Part shown: piece by piece, positions 62,038 to 64,000 of the stretch
Numbering within the stretch: the stretch's first letter is position 1
Layout of the letters: each line of letters starts with the position of its first letter
Assembly (NCBI GenBank): GCA_013265495.1
Contig: MU058198.1
Coordinates: 1,934,419 to 1,998,418, forward strand
Direction of reading: 5' to 3'
Source of the DNA: Vicugna vicugna
Taxonomy: Eukaryota
DNA: 64,000 bases
Position numbers and translations under genes: made by a program
Notes under the pieces: model-generated
Database searches by the model: none
What the model was told of the DNA's origin: nothing
What the model saw: the letters and a program-made list of their open reading frames with translations, nothing else

Positions 62038-64000
62038 GTAAGAGTTTGCCTTGCAAATTTGCCCTTGCTATTTGATTTCTAAAAAGATGGAAAGAGGCAT
62101 TGTGGGTGGGACAGTGGGTGACGAGGTAAGAAAATGTTATGAAAATTATTTATCCTCAGATTTAAATGTAAATTAAATTTAAATAAAGAGAATTATGAAC
62201 TATAAAGATAATCGGAAGTGTGGAAAAGGGAAAGTTCCCTTTCTCTCTACAGTAAACCCACCAGTTATACTGTCAAAGAAAAAAATTATTTGAACTTTCT
62301 GTTCTATAACTTGCTTTATTCACCTGATAATATCTATTAGACTTCTTCCCACATAGAGATATGCTCCTGCCTTTTACAAGGTTGTTTAATATTCTATTGC
62401 AAAGGAGTACTATAATTAATTAATTACTTCTCTATCATTGTACATTTAAGAGATTTCCAGTTTTTTGCTATTACCCACTAGAGTATGCATATATTTACTT
62501 ATATGGTATGTATACTAATGTAAATAAATTCCTAGAGATAAAAATGGTATCTGATAAGATATTCATAGCTTAGTTTTGATTGCTATTATGGTAACCTTCA
62601 AAAAGTGTAGATCAGCTTATTGTGCCACTAACAACACATGCGTTTTTCTACATCCTTCCCAATAATATATTATACTACTCTCATGTAAAAAACAAATATA
62701 GCTTCTTTATTTCCTGAAACTAATTTTCCTCCAAACTCTATACTACTGGGCTGAACAAAATTAATGTAAATCTAATCCAGTGATTTATTCAGGTTCTTCT
62801 GAATGAGTCAATCTTTGAGACATCTTTCCTTCTTGGACTCTTCAAGATGATATGGAGGGGGATGGAAATTAATGAGCTCTCTTATGATGGAGAGAAATGG
62901 GGACCGCAAATCTATGTGGCATCCTCTGGATCTTTTACCTCTATAGTAGAGTACCTGGCCTGAGCTGCTTTATGGACCCTTACAAACTGAAGTGTCACTG
63001 TTTACGTATGGCCCATATTGGACAATATGCCGGTAACGCATCTGTTAGAAACATGGTCCTGGCTGTCTTTTCTAGCCTTAAAGTCCTCACCTATTCTCTG
63101 CCTTCCTCTGGCCCTCTTTGAAACCCTTTGACCTTCACAAACACTTGCAAAGTTATGCAAGCTCTGAATGTGACTTTTAAGATACGAGGAGCCAGTAGCA
63201 TCACTTCAGGCCCATTTATCTAGTTGTCTCTGCCTCACTCTGCCATACAAATGCTACCATCATAGAGTGTTGGATATTTCTACACAATCCCCTCTGAAGG
63301 TTTCTGCAGGATTTTCCCTGAAATAGAAAAACCTAGGATTTTACCTGTCTTCTGCAACTTAATTTTCATTCTTTTCTTACGTAGGAGTGAGGAGGGGGCT
63401 GCCTTTCCTATTTGTCTTTCTAGGAGGAACATCCTTTCCAAAATGACATTTACATTATGGGCTTCATGGGTCACAAAATGCCACACACAGTATAAGATAA
63501 GTATAAATGGGCCATACATTGGGTAGTATTTCAGATTTTTATATCCTTTACACTATCAAATTATTTCACCTTTTCTGCTGAGTGAAAAAATAGCATCTAA
63601 CTGTATTTTAATCTGGGGGGAGAAGAGGAATCCTATCTTGTTACATAAAAAGATTTGAATCCTTTAAGTGTTGTAGATAGTGTAAATAACTATCCTTAGG
63701 CCGTGACTCATTTATCTTGTGTTCACGGTATCTTTTTTTCCAAATATTTTTAATTTAATGTAATCAAATATGTCTTTTAGTTTAGCCTTTCCTTTAGTTT
63801 GTATACTTGAGTTTTCTTTAAGGAATCCTTCCATACCCAGAGTCTTAAAGATAATAATTCTGTATTTTCTTTTACATTTTATATTCTCATACTTTTACAT
63901 ATTTACATGTGGATTTTCAATAAGCATAGAATTGACATATCTATTTGTTATTAGGTAAGAACCTAATTTTATTTTTCACATGAAAATCAAACTATTGCAG

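Noticed and set aside
1..64000. CRISPR arrays, operons, rRNA, snoRNA or miRNA genes
   Set aside because: Eukaryotic intron-rich DNA. I saw no repeat-spacer array or recognisable structured RNA gene, though an Rfam covariance search would be needed to exclude small RNAs.

Overview
Mammalian genomic DNA, most likely a camelid, inferred from three copies of a Vic-1-type tRNA-derived SINE. The window holds two head-to-tail, + strand, intron-containing ABCA3-like lipid transporter genes, consistent with the ABCA14/15/16 tandem cluster; I cannot assign exact paralogue names. Gene 1 contributes its last 8 coding exons (5363-28622: end of TMD2, NBD2, regulatory domain, stop, AATAAA at 28740). Gene 2 has a CpG-island promoter (~30850-32000), a putative non-coding first exon, and its first 8 coding exons (ATG 37656 to 62037), including one GC-AG intron. 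By manual splicing, all 16 coding exons join in frame with no internal stops. The introns are dominated by L1 fragments, plus Tigger1, MER8, a Charlie1/MER33-type element, a MER21 LTR and L2. Most notable oddities: a TSD-flanked 348-bp mini-L1 that looks like a spliced L1 retrocopy, a 128-bp inverted templated insertion inside an L1, several substitutions in normally conserved NBD2 motifs of gene 1, and a germline-type motif set in the gene 2 promoter. Exon coordinates were counted by hand. Repeat family names and ABCA3 comparisons are from recall, and repeat boundaries are approximate.
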